DNA from: a virus
DNA length: 46,533 bases
Virus record (IMG/VR): IMGVR_UViG_3300045988_175774
Strand: one strand, 5' to 3'
Shown: one piece after another, positions 26,211 to 36,900 of the stretch
How positions within the stretch are numbered: the stretch's first letter is position 1
Layout of the letters: every line of letters starts with the position of its first letter
Translations under genes and position numbers: made by a program
The notes under the pieces: model-generated
Told to the model about the DNA's origin: nothing
Database searches by the model: none
What the model saw: the letters and a program-made list of their open reading frames with translations, nothing else

Positions 26211-27239
26211 ATGGCTTTAAGTAGAAAAGATTTATTTACATTAGCTAAAACCGTAGCAAAAGCTAATCCTTCTTCTCAGGTTGCTTATTCTTTCGGTAAT
26301 GAAAAATTTAGCTATGCAGATTTAAACGATACATTAAGAAACGAATTAAGAGAAATCGCGGGAACATACGCACTTTATCGCGAAAATAAGAATACAATTT
26401 TTGCTCTTATGGAAGAGACTATTGATGATGTTCTTCCAAAAAAAGTATTAGAGCAATATGGTCAATTCGCTGAAATTAAAACATTTAGTCAGGGAGACAA
26501 ACCTGTATTTACTCAGAGAATTACAGTTGCTTCAAAGAGACGTGCAAAGCAATTTATTACAAAAGTTGGATTAGCAGGTATTTATGAAGTATTCAAACTG
26601 GATGGTAAATCTTATGAAGTTCCTACAAGTGCTTTTGGTGGAGCTGCTCAAATTGGATTTGAAGAATTCTTAGATAAACGTATAGATTTCGCGGATGTTC
26701 TTGATATTATTATGGAAGGTTTGGATGAAAGCCTTTATCTTGAAATTGAAAGAGCTTTGAAAGGTGCCGTAACTAATTTACAAGCTAATAACAAGACTAC
26801 TCAAGGCTCTTTTGTAGAAGCTGAAATGGATAAATTATTAGCTGTAGCAGACTCTTATGGACAAGCTACCATTTATTGTACATATGAATTTGCGGCTACT
26901 ATGGTACCAGCTGAAGGTTGGGTTTCAGATGCTATGAAAGACCAAAAATGGAATAATGGTTATTTAGCAAGCTATAAAGGACATAGAGTGATTGTTTTAC
27001 CTCAGTCTTATGAAGATGAGACTAATAGTAAAAAAGTTATCGACCCATCTTATGCATGGATTATTCCTACTGGCGGAAATGATAAACCTGTAAAGGTTGC
27101 TCTTGAAGGACAGACTATTGTTAGAGAAATTGAAAATGCCGATATGTCAAGAGAAATTCAGGTTTATAAGAAAATGGGTGTTGCTGCAATTATTACTAAT
27201 AATATTTGCGTATATAGAAACACTGGTTTGACTCAATAA
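26211..27239 (+). CDS. major capsid protein
   Basis: Strong RBS aaggagg, size 342 aa, position after the scaffold, and a strong terminator directly downstream. Confidence 0.6.
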   Translation: MALSRKDLFTLAKTVAKANPSSQVAYSFGNEKFSYADLNDTLRNELREIAGTYALYRENKNTIFALMEETIDDVLPKKVLEQYGQFAEIKTFSQGDKPVFTQRITVASKRRAKQFITKVGLAGIYEVFKLDGKSYEVPTSAFGGAAQIGFEEFLDKRIDFADVLDIIMEGLDESLYLEIERALKGAVTNLQANNKTTQGSFVEAEMDKLLAVADSYGQATIYCTYEFAATMVPAEGWVSDAMKDQKWNNGYLASYKGHRVIVLPQSYEDETNSKKVIDPSYAWIIPTGGNDKPVKVALEGQTIVREIENADMSREIQVYKKMGVAAIITNNICVYRNTGLTQ

Positions 27240-27247
27240 TTTAATAT

Positions 27248-27280
27248 GGGGAAGATAATATCTTCCCCAATATTTTTATA
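27248..27280 (+). terminator. rho-independent terminator after the capsid gene
   Basis: ggggaagata / tatcttcccc stem followed by atatttttat. Confidence 0.65.
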
Positions 27281-27306
27281 TATATTTAGAGATAAAAGGA
27301 GAAAAT

Positions 27307-27876
27307 ATGTTAGAGAAAGATACTTTAATCAAAGTTATAAATAGAGATAATGGAACTGTTGGTTATACAATTCCTGACTTAGGAAATTTACATCGTAATT
27401 TTCAGCCAAGAGAAGAGAAAGAAGTTACTATGGACGAGTTGAGAAAGCTATCTTATTTACCAGGTGGAATGGTTATTTTAAAAGACTGTTTAATTATTAA
27501 AAATAAAGAGGCTTTAGAAGAATTACTTCCAGAAGTTGAACCAGAATATTTTTATTCAGAAGAAGATATTAAAAAATTACTTTTAACAGGCTCACTAGAT
27601 CAACTTATGGACTGCTTAGATTTTGCTCCTATTGGTGTTATTGATTTAGTTAAAGAGTTGGCAGTTAAGTTAAAAATTAATGATATTAGTAAGAGAGAAG
27701 CTATTTTTGAGAAGACTGGCTTTAATGTAAATAAAGCTATTGAAATTAATAAAGAGACAGATGAGAATGAAATTCCTAAAGAAAAAACTAGAAGAACCAC
27801 CCCAGTTTCTTCAACTTCAGCTGTGACAGGAAGAAGAACAGCTCCACCAAAATACAAAGTAACAGTTACAAAATAA
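27307..27876 (+). CDS. hypothetical head/connector-region protein
   Basis: RBS aaaggagaaaat; 189 aa. Confidence 0.55.
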   Translation: MLEKDTLIKVINRDNGTVGYTIPDLGNLHRNFQPREEKEVTMDELRKLSYLPGGMVILKDCLIIKNKEALEELLPEVEPEYFYSEEDIKKLLLTGSLDQLMDCLDFAPIGVIDLVKELAVKLKINDISKREAIFEKTGFNVNKAIEINKETDENEIPKEKTRRTTPVSSTSAVTGRRTAPPKYKVTVTK

Positions 27877-27895
27877 AACATAGAGGGAGGCAATT

Positions 27896-28465
27896 ATGAA
27901 TAATATTAATAAAACTCCTTTTTCTAAAGTTTATGATTGTTTTTTATCAACTAAGGTAACAGACGATATGTACTTAGAATTAACTGAATTAGAGACGTTT
28001 CGTATGTTGCAAGACCTCTTGCTTTCCGCGATATATAAATTTGAATTTCCGCGAGTTAATCTTTACGACTATGAAGAAGACTCTTTTGTAGATGAATCTA
28101 CTTATAAAGGTGTTGAAAGTAATAATATAGAAGTTAAAGCTTTTATTTATTCAGGTGGTTTTTTTAATAGTTTTTTAACTCAAGAGGAAATTAACATTCT
28201 TGCAGTTTACATGGTTGTAGAGTGGATAGGATATCAGTTAGCTTCGATTGAAAATACTAGACTTAAATATAGCGGTTCAGATTTTAAATTTACTTCTCAG
28301 GCAAATCATATGCATAAATTATTAGCAATTAAGAAAGATTATGAAAGAGAAGGATTTCATTTACAGAGATTGTATAAAAGAAGAAAAGTTGATAAAAAAG
28401 GCATTGTGCGTTCAACCTTCAATATTATTATGGAACCAATAGAGGAGGAACGTCATGATACTTAA
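27896..28465 (+). CDS. hypothetical head-tail joining-region protein
   Basis: RBS gagggagg; 189 aa. Confidence 0.55.
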   Translation: MNNINKTPFSKVYDCFLSTKVTDDMYLELTELETFRMLQDLLLSAIYKFEFPRVNLYDYEEDSFVDESTYKGVESNNIEVKAFIYSGGFFNSFLTQEEINILAVYMVVEWIGYQLASIENTRLKYSGSDFKFTSQANHMHKLLAIKKDYEREGFHLQRLYKRRKVDKKGIVRSTFNIIMEPIEEERHDT

Positions 28466-28760
28466 ATATGGTGCGGAAATAGATAAATCCGCCATTGATA
28501 AAAATCTAAATAGAATTACAAATCAAATCTATAAGTTATTGCCAAGTAGAGAAGAAAAATCAGATTGGCAAAAGCCATTAGCTACTATTATTGAAGAGCT
28601 GGCGGGAATGGATAGATTGTTATTTGACCAGCATGAAATTCTGTTTCCGCTCTTGTGTAAATTAGAAGGATTATTCCTACTATCAGAAGATAAAGATTTT
28701 TTTCTTTATAGAAGAACTATCTTTGAATGTTTAGGATTAATAAATAATATAAAAATATGA
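28455..28760 (+). CDS. hypothetical head-tail joining-region protein
   Basis: Overlapping start/stop coupling with neighbours; 101 aa. Confidence 0.5.
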   Translation: MILKYGAEIDKSAIDKNLNRITNQIYKLLPSREEKSDWQKPLATIIEELAGMDRLLFDQHEILFPLLCKLEGLFLLSEDKDFFLYRRTIFECLGLINNIKI

Positions 28761-29716
28761 ATGGATTAGATAATTTAAAAACTAGACTTAATTATTATGG
28801 TGGAAGTAAGGAACGAAGGCTTATTAATGATAAACTCAGATCATTAAAAAAAGCTATGTATTCTTATCAAGGTCAAACCGCGATTCTTGAAGACGGACGA
28901 GAGTTTAAGTGCTTAATTAACCCAAATAAATTAAATCCAGATTATGATAATAAAATACTTTCTATACCTTATAAAGATATATGTTTAAATAAAGGTAGAC
29001 TAGGGAAAACTTCTGAAGCAGAAGAAGAGTTGGGAATAAAGCCTGGAGACATTATCTCTTGGAAAGAAACTAATACTAAATGGATTATTTATTTACCTTT
29101 TTTAGAAGAGGTTGCTTATTTTAGGGCGGAGATTAGAAAGTGCGAGGCTCAAGCTGAATTAAACGGGAAGAAATATTGGATTTATATTAGAGGCCCTGTA
29201 GAAACTACTATTCAATGGAATAAAAAGAATAATACAGCTTGGAATGACTTAAATAATACCTTAGTTTTTTATATTACTAAGAATGAGGAAACTTTAGATT
29301 TTTTTCATAGATTTAAGTTATTGAAAATAGAAGGACAAACTTGGGAAGTTCAAAGCACGAATATCTTTTATGGGGAAGGTATTATTAAAGTTACTGTAAA
29401 AGAATATTATGAGAATCCGCTTCAAGATTATTATGAAGAGAGAGAAAAAGAAAAAAAAGAAGATTCAACAACAGAATCTGATATAGCCGGAGATGTTGAA
29501 GTATATCCATATGATATAAAAGAATATTCTTTAAAAGGAGATTTTAAAGAAGGCACTTGGAGTATAAATAATAATAAAGCGAAAATTATAGAAATAAAAG
29601 ATAATTCTGTTATTGTAGAGGTAGTAACTGGAAAAAGTGGAGAATTTATTTTAACTTACAGTGAAAAAGATCAAGGAAAGGTTTTAACTTTAAAAGTAAA
29701 AATCAATTCTTTGTAA
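28757..29716 (+). CDS. hypothetical structural protein (319 aa)
   Basis: Translationally coupled via ATGA overlap. Confidence 0.55.
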   Translation: MNGLDNLKTRLNYYGGSKERRLINDKLRSLKKAMYSYQGQTAILEDGREFKCLINPNKLNPDYDNKILSIPYKDICLNKGRLGKTSEAEEELGIKPGDIISWKETNTKWIIYLPFLEEVAYFRAEIRKCEAQAELNGKKYWIYIRGPVETTIQWNKKNNTAWNDLNNTLVFYITKNEETLDFFHRFKLLKIEGQTWEVQSTNIFYGEGIIKVTVKEYYENPLQDYYEEREKEKKEDSTTESDIAGDVEVYPYDIKEYSLKGDFKEGTWSINNNKAKIIEIKDNSVIVEVVTGKSGEFILTYSEKDQGKVLTLKVKINSL

Positions 29717-29743
29717 GATATGAATGGAGATAAAAGGAGTAAC

Positions 29744-30328
29744 ATGAAAAAAAATTTAGCCGTAACGAATATTCAATCATCTTTTCTTTCTTGCGAAAAA
29801 GATACTGAAAGAATATTAAAAAAACTTTTTGTTGAAAGTAGACCTTATAGTGATGATCTAAAAAGACTTTTAGTAATAAATACTAAAGACTGTTTAGATA
29901 ATAAAGAAGATGAACAGTATAAAAAAAGATTAACTGAAATGACTCTTGGAAAAATGATTGAGCAGGGTTATGTTAAATTAAAACCTAAGCTTAGACTTCC
30001 TGAACATGAAGAAATTAAATCTTATATAATTGTTTCTTATGATAATTTTACACCCAATAGAACAAATCCAGAGTTTAGAGATTGTACGATTAATTTTGAC
30101 GTATTATGTCATACTGATTATTGGGATATAGGAAACTATAGAGTGAGACCGCTTAAAATCTGCGGTTATATAGATGGGCTTTTGAATAATACAAAATTAA
30201 CAGGAATTGGAAAATTGCAGTTGGCAAGATGTAATGAATTGCTTTTAGATGAAGACTTAAGCGGATACAGTTTAACTTATAAAGCAATTCATGGCAGTGA
30301 TGACAAGATTCCTTCTGAGGAAGAATAA
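29744..30328 (+). CDS. hypothetical structural protein; start moved to ATG 29744
   Basis: RBS aaaaggag lies 5 nt before ATG (MKKNLAV..). Confidence 0.5.
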   Translation: MKKNLAVTNIQSSFLSCEKDTERILKKLFVESRPYSDDLKRLLVINTKDCLDNKEDEQYKKRLTEMTLGKMIEQGYVKLKPKLRLPEHEEIKSYIIVSYDNFTPNRTNPEFRDCTINFDVLCHTDYWDIGNYRVRPLKICGYIDGLLNNTKLTGIGKLQLARCNELLLDEDLSGYSLTYKAIHGSDDKIPSEEE

Positions 30329-31071
30329 TGAATAATGATTTACTTTTATTGTCTGGTAATGATATTGCTTTTACAGAAGCTCAACTTACTGTACATCAAC
30401 CTATTATTAAAGAGATTGCTTATATTGGAGAAGAAACTTTTTTTATGGGATGCGAATTTCTAAATTTTTCAAAAGATAATTTAAGTGAAGAGGACAAAGT
30501 TAATTTAGGAAATAAAACTAATTTTGAAATATTAATGTCAATAATGAAAAGTAAAAATGTTATTGCTCAACAGAATAAAAACTGTGCTTTATTAGTGCTA
30601 ATGTTATTATTTCCAGAATATAGTTTATCATTAGATATGTTTATGGAACAAATTGTTCTAAAAAAAGATGGGAAAGAATATTTTATCAATAATAAAAATT
30701 ATGAAGCATTTAAAAGTATTCTAATTTCTGTCTTTTGTTTAGATAAAAACAAAGATGATGTATCTTCATATAATCCTGGTAATGATGCAGCTAGAAAAAT
30801 TGCGGAAAAGCTGAAAAAAGGTCGAGCTAAAGTCGCATCTTTAAAAGGTGATTCTCAAAAAATTTCTATTTTAGAAAGATATATTTCTATCTTAGCTGTT
30901 GGAGAAAATAAAGATATAAATTCTTTAATGCAATATACTGTTTATCAATTATTTGATGAGTTCCAGCGGTTTGAATTAAAACAAAACTATGATATATACC
31001 TTAAGGCTAAATTAGCTGGAGCTAAAGATTTGGATGAAGTAGAAAATTGGATGAAAAATATCCATCCATAA
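30328..31071 (+). CDS. hypothetical structural protein (247 aa)
   Basis: ATGA overlap with the upstream gene. Confidence 0.55.
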   Translation: MNNDLLLLSGNDIAFTEAQLTVHQPIIKEIAYIGEETFFMGCEFLNFSKDNLSEEDKVNLGNKTNFEILMSIMKSKNVIAQQNKNCALLVLMLLFPEYSLSLDMFMEQIVLKKDGKEYFINNKNYEAFKSILISVFCLDKNKDDVSSYNPGNDAARKIAEKLKKGRAKVASLKGDSQKISILERYISILAVGENKDINSLMQYTVYQLFDEFQRFELKQNYDIYLKAKLAGAKDLDEVENWMKNIHP

Positions 31072-31155
31072 TATTACTTTTATGTATAAAGATAACTTAA
31101 AAAAGTTATTTTTAAAAGATAAATTAAGAATTTTATATAAGGAGGATAATGCGTT

Positions 31156-32100
31156 ATGAAGTTTGGCGTTAGAGAGATTTGTGATGTAGTGTTTAAAGCG
31201 AAAGCAAATGTCACTATTGGTAATACTAAATTCGTCAAAGGTCAGCCTGTACTTTATATAGATACAGCAAAAACTTCTACCTTAGAAGGTGCTGCAACCA
31301 CAGTCTATGCACAGGGTGGAAAAGGAAACACTAGACTGATCGCATGGGAAGGTGAAAAGACTTTAACTTTTACAGTTGAGGATGCTCTATTATCACCTAT
31401 TGGTTTTGCTGTACTTTCTGGAGCAGGCTTAATTAAAGCTGATAGTAAGAATTTAGTCCATGTTCATATGACAACTGATGTAATTGCGGGAGCAGAAGGT
31501 GTTTGTGAAATCACTTATGAAGCTTTTGATGATGAAACAACAACAATTTGTAATACAACAGATGTTCCTGTATTTGGTACTGTTTTAGATGGTTCTGGCT
31601 CAGGTATTAAATTTTTAGGAGCAGGTACATTTGAAGCAACAACCGCGACGGTAAATGTAAAATCTGCTACTATAGAAAATGCTATTGAAGTATCAAACGG
31701 TAAAACTTGTCAGATTAAATTTACAGGTGCGGTTGAAGGTCAGGTAGTAAGAATTGATTATTACATTATTAAATCTGCAGGTGCTCAGACCATCACTATT
31801 GATGCTGAAAACTTTGCTGGTTACTACTATGTAGAAGCTAGTACATTATTTAGACGTCAGGATACTGGAGTAGATATGCCTGCTGAATTAGTTATTCCAA
31901 ATGTAAAAATTCAGTCTAACTTTACATTCACTATGGCTGCTACCGGAGATCCATCTACATTTACTTTTACGATGGATGCCTTCCCAGGATATACAATGTT
32001 TGATAGAACAAAAAAAGTCCTTTGTGCAATTCAAATTATTGGTACTGACGCAGTAGATGGTGTTGAAGATACTGGTCATACAAACCATCAAAAAGGTTGA
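31156..32100 (+). CDS. major tail (tube) protein
   Basis: Strong RBS aaggagg, beta-rich and T/G/A/V-rich 314-aa sequence, strong terminator downstream, and position before the chaperone/TMP. Confidence 0.55.
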   Translation: MKFGVREICDVVFKAKANVTIGNTKFVKGQPVLYIDTAKTSTLEGAATTVYAQGGKGNTRLIAWEGEKTLTFTVEDALLSPIGFAVLSGAGLIKADSKNLVHVHMTTDVIAGAEGVCEITYEAFDDETTTICNTTDVPVFGTVLDGSGSGIKFLGAGTFEATTATVNVKSATIENAIEVSNGKTCQIKFTGAVEGQVVRIDYYIIKSAGAQTITIDAENFAGYYYVEASTLFRRQDTGVDMPAELVIPNVKIQSNFTFTMAATGDPSTFTFTMDAFPGYTMFDRTKKVLCAIQIIGTDAVDGVEDTGHTNHQKG

Positions 32101-32109
32101 TAATTAAAT

Positions 32110-32140
32110 AGGAGAGTTTAATAACTCTCCTATTTTTTAT
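32110..32140 (+). terminator. rho-independent terminator after the major tail gene
   Basis: aggagagtt-taata-aactctcct followed by attttttat. Confidence 0.7.
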
Positions 32141-32161
32141 TTATGGAGGAAGTGTAAATAT

Positions 32162-33259
32162 ATGGCAGATATTATAACTTTAAATCAAGAAGCTTTAGAC
32201 AGATTGCAAAAAATTATTTATGGAGAGGCAGCCTTAAAAGAAGCGGAAAAAGTAAAAGGAAATTACGAAATAGTTAAAAAAGAATCTATAAAATTTATCA
32301 ATTCTTTAAATAATTTAAAAGATTCTACCAGTATTTCTATTAGTGTTTCAGATTTTAAAATTTCAAATTATAAAACTGCAAAAGAACGAACTCGTCAATC
32401 TTTACGTAATGATAAAGTTGTGCAGGCTATTCTCGATTTTGAAAAAGCTTTTAATAATTTTATGGGAAGAACAATTACATTAACAATGGTAGATGATGAA
32501 GGTCAAGTCTTTTTTTATGATGATAAAGCTCAATCTGACATTTATTTAAAATCAGGAGGAAAATCTACGTCTCGTATTTCATTAGCTTTTGGTAAAGCTA
32601 ATGAAGAAAAGAATGTCAAAGTACTGCAAGAAATATTTGATCAAGTTTTTGAAACAAGCGAAGAAAAAAAACATACTAAAAGAGTTGAAGAAGTTTATAG
32701 AACCGCGATAAGTAGATATGATGAGACTCATGTAAAAGGAACTTCAGGTACAGAGAATAATTTTATATATTGGCATGACCCTGGAACAACAAGAAAATAT
32801 GCATTTGTAAAAAGCAAAGGTCTTTTAGGAGAGGGATATGTAAAGGCTTTATTTTCAATAGATAATAATATATCAGAGGATGAACGTTTTGGAGAAGAAC
32901 TTGATAAATATAATTTAGAAAATTATTATTATAATTATGTTCTTGCTGCTGATAATAGATCAGGTTCTGTTATAGGAGATATTGCAGATAGTATATTAGA
33001 CTCTATGCAACTAGCAGTAAAAAATAAAAAAGGTTATTCTCAAACTTTTGCAAATTTAGTAACAATAGCTCAATATATTATAGAAAATGAAGTTTCTATA
33101 GAATCTATGAAAGAATGGATAGAAAAGCAGGAAAAAGGTAGAAGTAAAGAATTTCAAAATTCTCCTTTAATAAAAAAAATAAATAAAAGACTTACTGAAA
33201 ATGTAAAAAATTCAGTTGAAGGAGAAGGTTATATTATAACTTATGCAACAAAAAGATAA
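32162..33259 (+). CDS. hypothetical tail-region protein (365 aa)
   Basis: RBS ggaggaag. Confidence 0.55.
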   Translation: MADIITLNQEALDRLQKIIYGEAALKEAEKVKGNYEIVKKESIKFINSLNNLKDSTSISISVSDFKISNYKTAKERTRQSLRNDKVVQAILDFEKAFNNFMGRTITLTMVDDEGQVFFYDDKAQSDIYLKSGGKSTSRISLAFGKANEEKNVKVLQEIFDQVFETSEEKKHTKRVEEVYRTAISRYDETHVKGTSGTENNFIYWHDPGTTRKYAFVKSKGLLGEGYVKALFSIDNNISEDERFGEELDKYNLENYYYNYVLAADNRSGSVIGDIADSILDSMQLAVKNKKGYSQTFANLVTIAQYIIENEVSIESMKEWIEKQEKGRSKEFQNSPLIKKINKRLTENVKNSVEGEGYIITYATKR

Positions 33260-33275
33260 AAATAATTTATAAAAC

Positions 33276-33304
33276 TTGACAAAAGAAAAATTTTATAGTA
33301 TAAT
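33276..33304 (+). promoter_or_regulatory. consensus promoter TTGACA-N17-TATAAT upstream of the chaperone/TMP genes
   Basis: ttgaca at 33276-81 and tataat at 33299-304. Confidence 0.55.
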
Positions 33305-33341
33305 ATTCTTATAAGATGAGATAAAAGGAGAAATAAATAAA

Positions 33342-33875
33342 ATGAAAGTAAGTTATGCAAATTTAAAATTAAAAACTAAAGATGAAATTAAAACTTTTAA
33401 TTTTAATAATACAGAAATAGAAGTTAAACAATATTTACCTATTGAAGATAAATATGATTTAGTTATGATTACTTTACAAAAAGCAGAAGAAAATGGTATT
33501 TATAATGCTTTAAAATTAGATATGTATTTTCATTTGCATTTAGTTTATATGTATACTAATTTAAGTTTTACAGAAAAACAAAAAGAGAATGAAATGAAAA
33601 TTTATGATACTTTAGAGAGCAATGGTTTTATTGATAAAATGATTGAAGTTATTCCTGAGGAAGAATATAATGCTTTATTTACTTTTATGGATGAAATAAT
33701 GCTTAATACTTTAAATTATACCAATACCGCGGGAGCCGTCATTCAAAGTATTATAAATGATTTACCTAAAAACGCAAAAGCTGCTAAAGATATAGTTGAT
33801 TCTTTTGATAAAGAAAAATATCAAGAGGTAATTGAATTTGCGAAAGCGGCTAATGGAAATCGTCCAATTGGGTAG
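33342..33875 (+). CDS. tail assembly chaperone candidate (positional, immediately upstream of the TMP)
   Basis: 177-aa acidic protein; RBS aaaaggagaaat. Confidence 0.45.
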   Translation: MKVSYANLKLKTKDEIKTFNFNNTEIEVKQYLPIEDKYDLVMITLQKAEENGIYNALKLDMYFHLHLVYMYTNLSFTEKQKENEMKIYDTLESNGFIDKMIEVIPEEEYNALFTFMDEIMLNTLNYTNTAGAVIQSIINDLPKNAKAAKDIVDSFDKEKYQEVIEFAKAANGNRPIG

Positions 33876-33958
33876 GATAAATTAATAAAAATGCCTTTAT
33901 TATCATATTATGGTAGTAAAGGTATTTTTTTATGCGTAATTTTAGGAGGTAAAAGGAT

Positions 33959-36900
33959 ATGGCGGCTACAAATCGTATTGATTTTACAGTTGGCTTTAAT
34001 ACAGATCAAAGTGGTTTATCAACCATTAAGAAGTCATTAGAAGAAATTCAAAAAATGACTTCTAGTGATTTGATGAACTTAAATAAAGGTATGGATTTAA
34101 GCGAAGCCAATAGCAGATTAACTCAGATAAAAGAATCTGCTAGTCAAGTTCAAAAAGCGTTAGATAAAGCTTTTAACGCGGATTTAGGAACATTAAATGT
34201 TTCTAAATTTAACAACGAATTAAAAAATTTAGATATAAATAAAATTTATAATGATTTTAATAGTGCGGGTTCAGCAGGACAAACCGCATTTAAAAATATG
34301 ACAACTCAGGTTTTAACTACTAATATGCAGTTAAAACAAACCCATAGTTTCTTAGAAAATATGGCTACAACTTTGTCTAATACTATTAAATGGAATATTG
34401 CGTCTGGAGCCATGAACGCATTAACTAATAATGTACAACAAGCGGTTAATTATGTTGAAAAATTAGATACTTCATTAAATAATATTAGAATTGTAACTGG
34501 CAAATCTGCGGAAGAGATGCGTGATTTCGCGGAATCTGCGAGTCAAACCGCTCAAGAGTTATCTGCGAGTACAAGGGATATAACTGAAGGAGCTTTGATT
34601 TACTATCAACAGGGTGACACAGATGAGAATGCTCTTGCTAAAGCTGAGATTACTCAGAAAACCGCGAATGTGTCTCAGATTAGCTCAGAACAGGCTGCGG
34701 AATATTTAACTGCGGTTTGGAATGGTTATAAAGTAGCTAATGAAGCTGCGGCTGAAGGAATGGACGTTTATGAAAAATATGTAGACAAGTTAGCGGCTGT
34801 AGCAGCTACAACTGCGTCAGACTTGGCTGAATCTTCTATGGCTATTTCTAAAGTAGCTTCCGCAGCAAGTTCTATGGGTGTTGACTTTGATCAGTTAAAT
34901 GCTCAGATTGCGACTATTATTTCTGTTACCCGCCAAGCACCAGAATCAGTAGGTACAGCTTTAAAAACAATTTATGCTCGTATGGGTGATCTAGCTGTTG
35001 ATGGTGTTGATGAATTTGGAGTTTCTCTTGGTGAAGTTTCTGGAAAGATGAAAACAATGGGCATTGACATCTTAGATGAGAATGGTCATCTAAAAGAGAT
35101 GGGAAATGTTATTGAAGAAGTAGCAGGTAAGTGGAGTATTTGGACAGACGAACAAAGACAAGCGGCAGCAGTTGCAATCGCAGGTAAGAGACAGTATAAT
35201 AACTTAATTGCTTTATTTGATAACTGGGATATGTACACTGATGCTTTAGATACTTCTAAAAATGCATTGGGAACTCTTGAAGAACAACAGGATATCTATT
35301 CTGAAAGAACAGAAGCTCATATCCAAAGAATGAGAACTACTTTCGAGGATTTATATGACTCCTTATTAAAACCAGAAGCCATTAATGAAGTTGTTGATGG
35401 AATTACTTTTGTTGTAGATAAAATTGCAACATTGGTTGATAATATCGGCGGTGGTAAGACTGTTCTTGCTGAGTTAGGATCTTTAGGTGTAAGAGTATTT
35501 AGTAAACAAATCGCTGGTGGTATTTCTACAACTATAGCTAATTTTAAAAATGTAAAATCTAATGCTGAACAACTTAATGCTCAGTTAGAGATTCTACAAC
35601 AGTATAAAGGATTATCTGCATTAGACGAAGATACTAAAGAATTAGTAAATATGAAGCAAGAGATTGTGGATTTAGGATCTGTTGCTACTACCGAACAACA
35701 GAACATTGCTAACGGTTTTATTGAACAAATAAATGCTTTGCAAAATCAAAAGAAACAGCTAGAAGAGAATGAGGAAGCTGCAAAAAATCTTTATAAAGCT
35801 TTAACTAATGAAGAATTAGACTTAGATAGCCTTAGAGGAAAGGGCAAAGAAGCAGAAAAAACAGATACATATAAAGAAGTTCAGAAGCAAGTAGCTGAGA
35901 CTCAGAAGCAGTATAAAAGTTTGAATAAAGAAGCCTCTAATTATGCTGGAGCTTTGACTTTAGCTACTTTTAATCAAAGACAAGCTTCTAAAGATAGTTC
36001 AAAGCAAGAAGAGGCAATTAAATCTTATGAAGCTTTAACTACCACTGTAAAAAATTATAATGATGAAGTAAAAAAAGTAATTTCTTCAAGTCCAGAAGTC
36101 GCAAGTGCTTATGAAAATTTTAATAAGAAATTAAAAGAGTATAGTGAACTCACAGGAAATGCTGAAAAATCAGTGGGAGAGTTGATTGCAACTTATCCAG
36201 AGCTAAGCAAGGCTTTTAAAGAGGTAACAGAAGCAAGTAAAGATTATGCTAGTCAAGCGGCAAGTGATGCACAGAAGGTCATGAAAACCGTTCAAGATGT
36301 CGCTGCTGGAACAGGAGAGCAAGTAAAAGAAAAGTTAGATGAGTCTCGCTCTGCATGGAAAAGCTTTATAGATGATGTAAGAAATACTGCGGTTATTCAA
36401 TCAGCCTTAGACATCGCGGGTTCTATTGGAGAAATAGGTTCTTCTATAGTTAGTTTAAAAGGAATATGGGATGTTTTTTCAGATGAATCTTTATCCGCAA
36501 CAGAGAAATTAGGGCAATCATTTACTATTTTGCTTTCTACTTTACCGCTTCTTATAAATGGAATTCAAGGACTTCAAGCAGGTCTTATAACTTTGGCTCA
36601 AACTGCAATTCCAGCTCTAGCTGGCTCTTCTTTAACTGCGGGGGAAGCATTTTTAGCATTATTTTCAGCCTCTTGGATTGGTTGGGCTGCGGCGGCAGTA
36701 GCAGCGATTGCAGGAGTAGTATTCATAATAGATCGAATGACTGTAAGTGCAAAAGAAGCGAAAGAAGCTTTAGAGAGTCAATTTGAAGAGTATGAAAAGG
36801 CTCAACAGGAAGTAGATGAATTAAATTCTAAGTTAGAAACAACACAAGAGAGATTAAAAGAATTATATCAAATTTCTCCAGATGAACTTACTCTTGCACA

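Noticed and set aside
33876-33958. Programmed -1 frameshift (G/GT-type) between the chaperone and the TMP
   Set aside because: No slippery heptamer such as XXXYYYZ and no overlapping extended frame could be seen near the chaperone stop. It cannot be supported from sequence alone.
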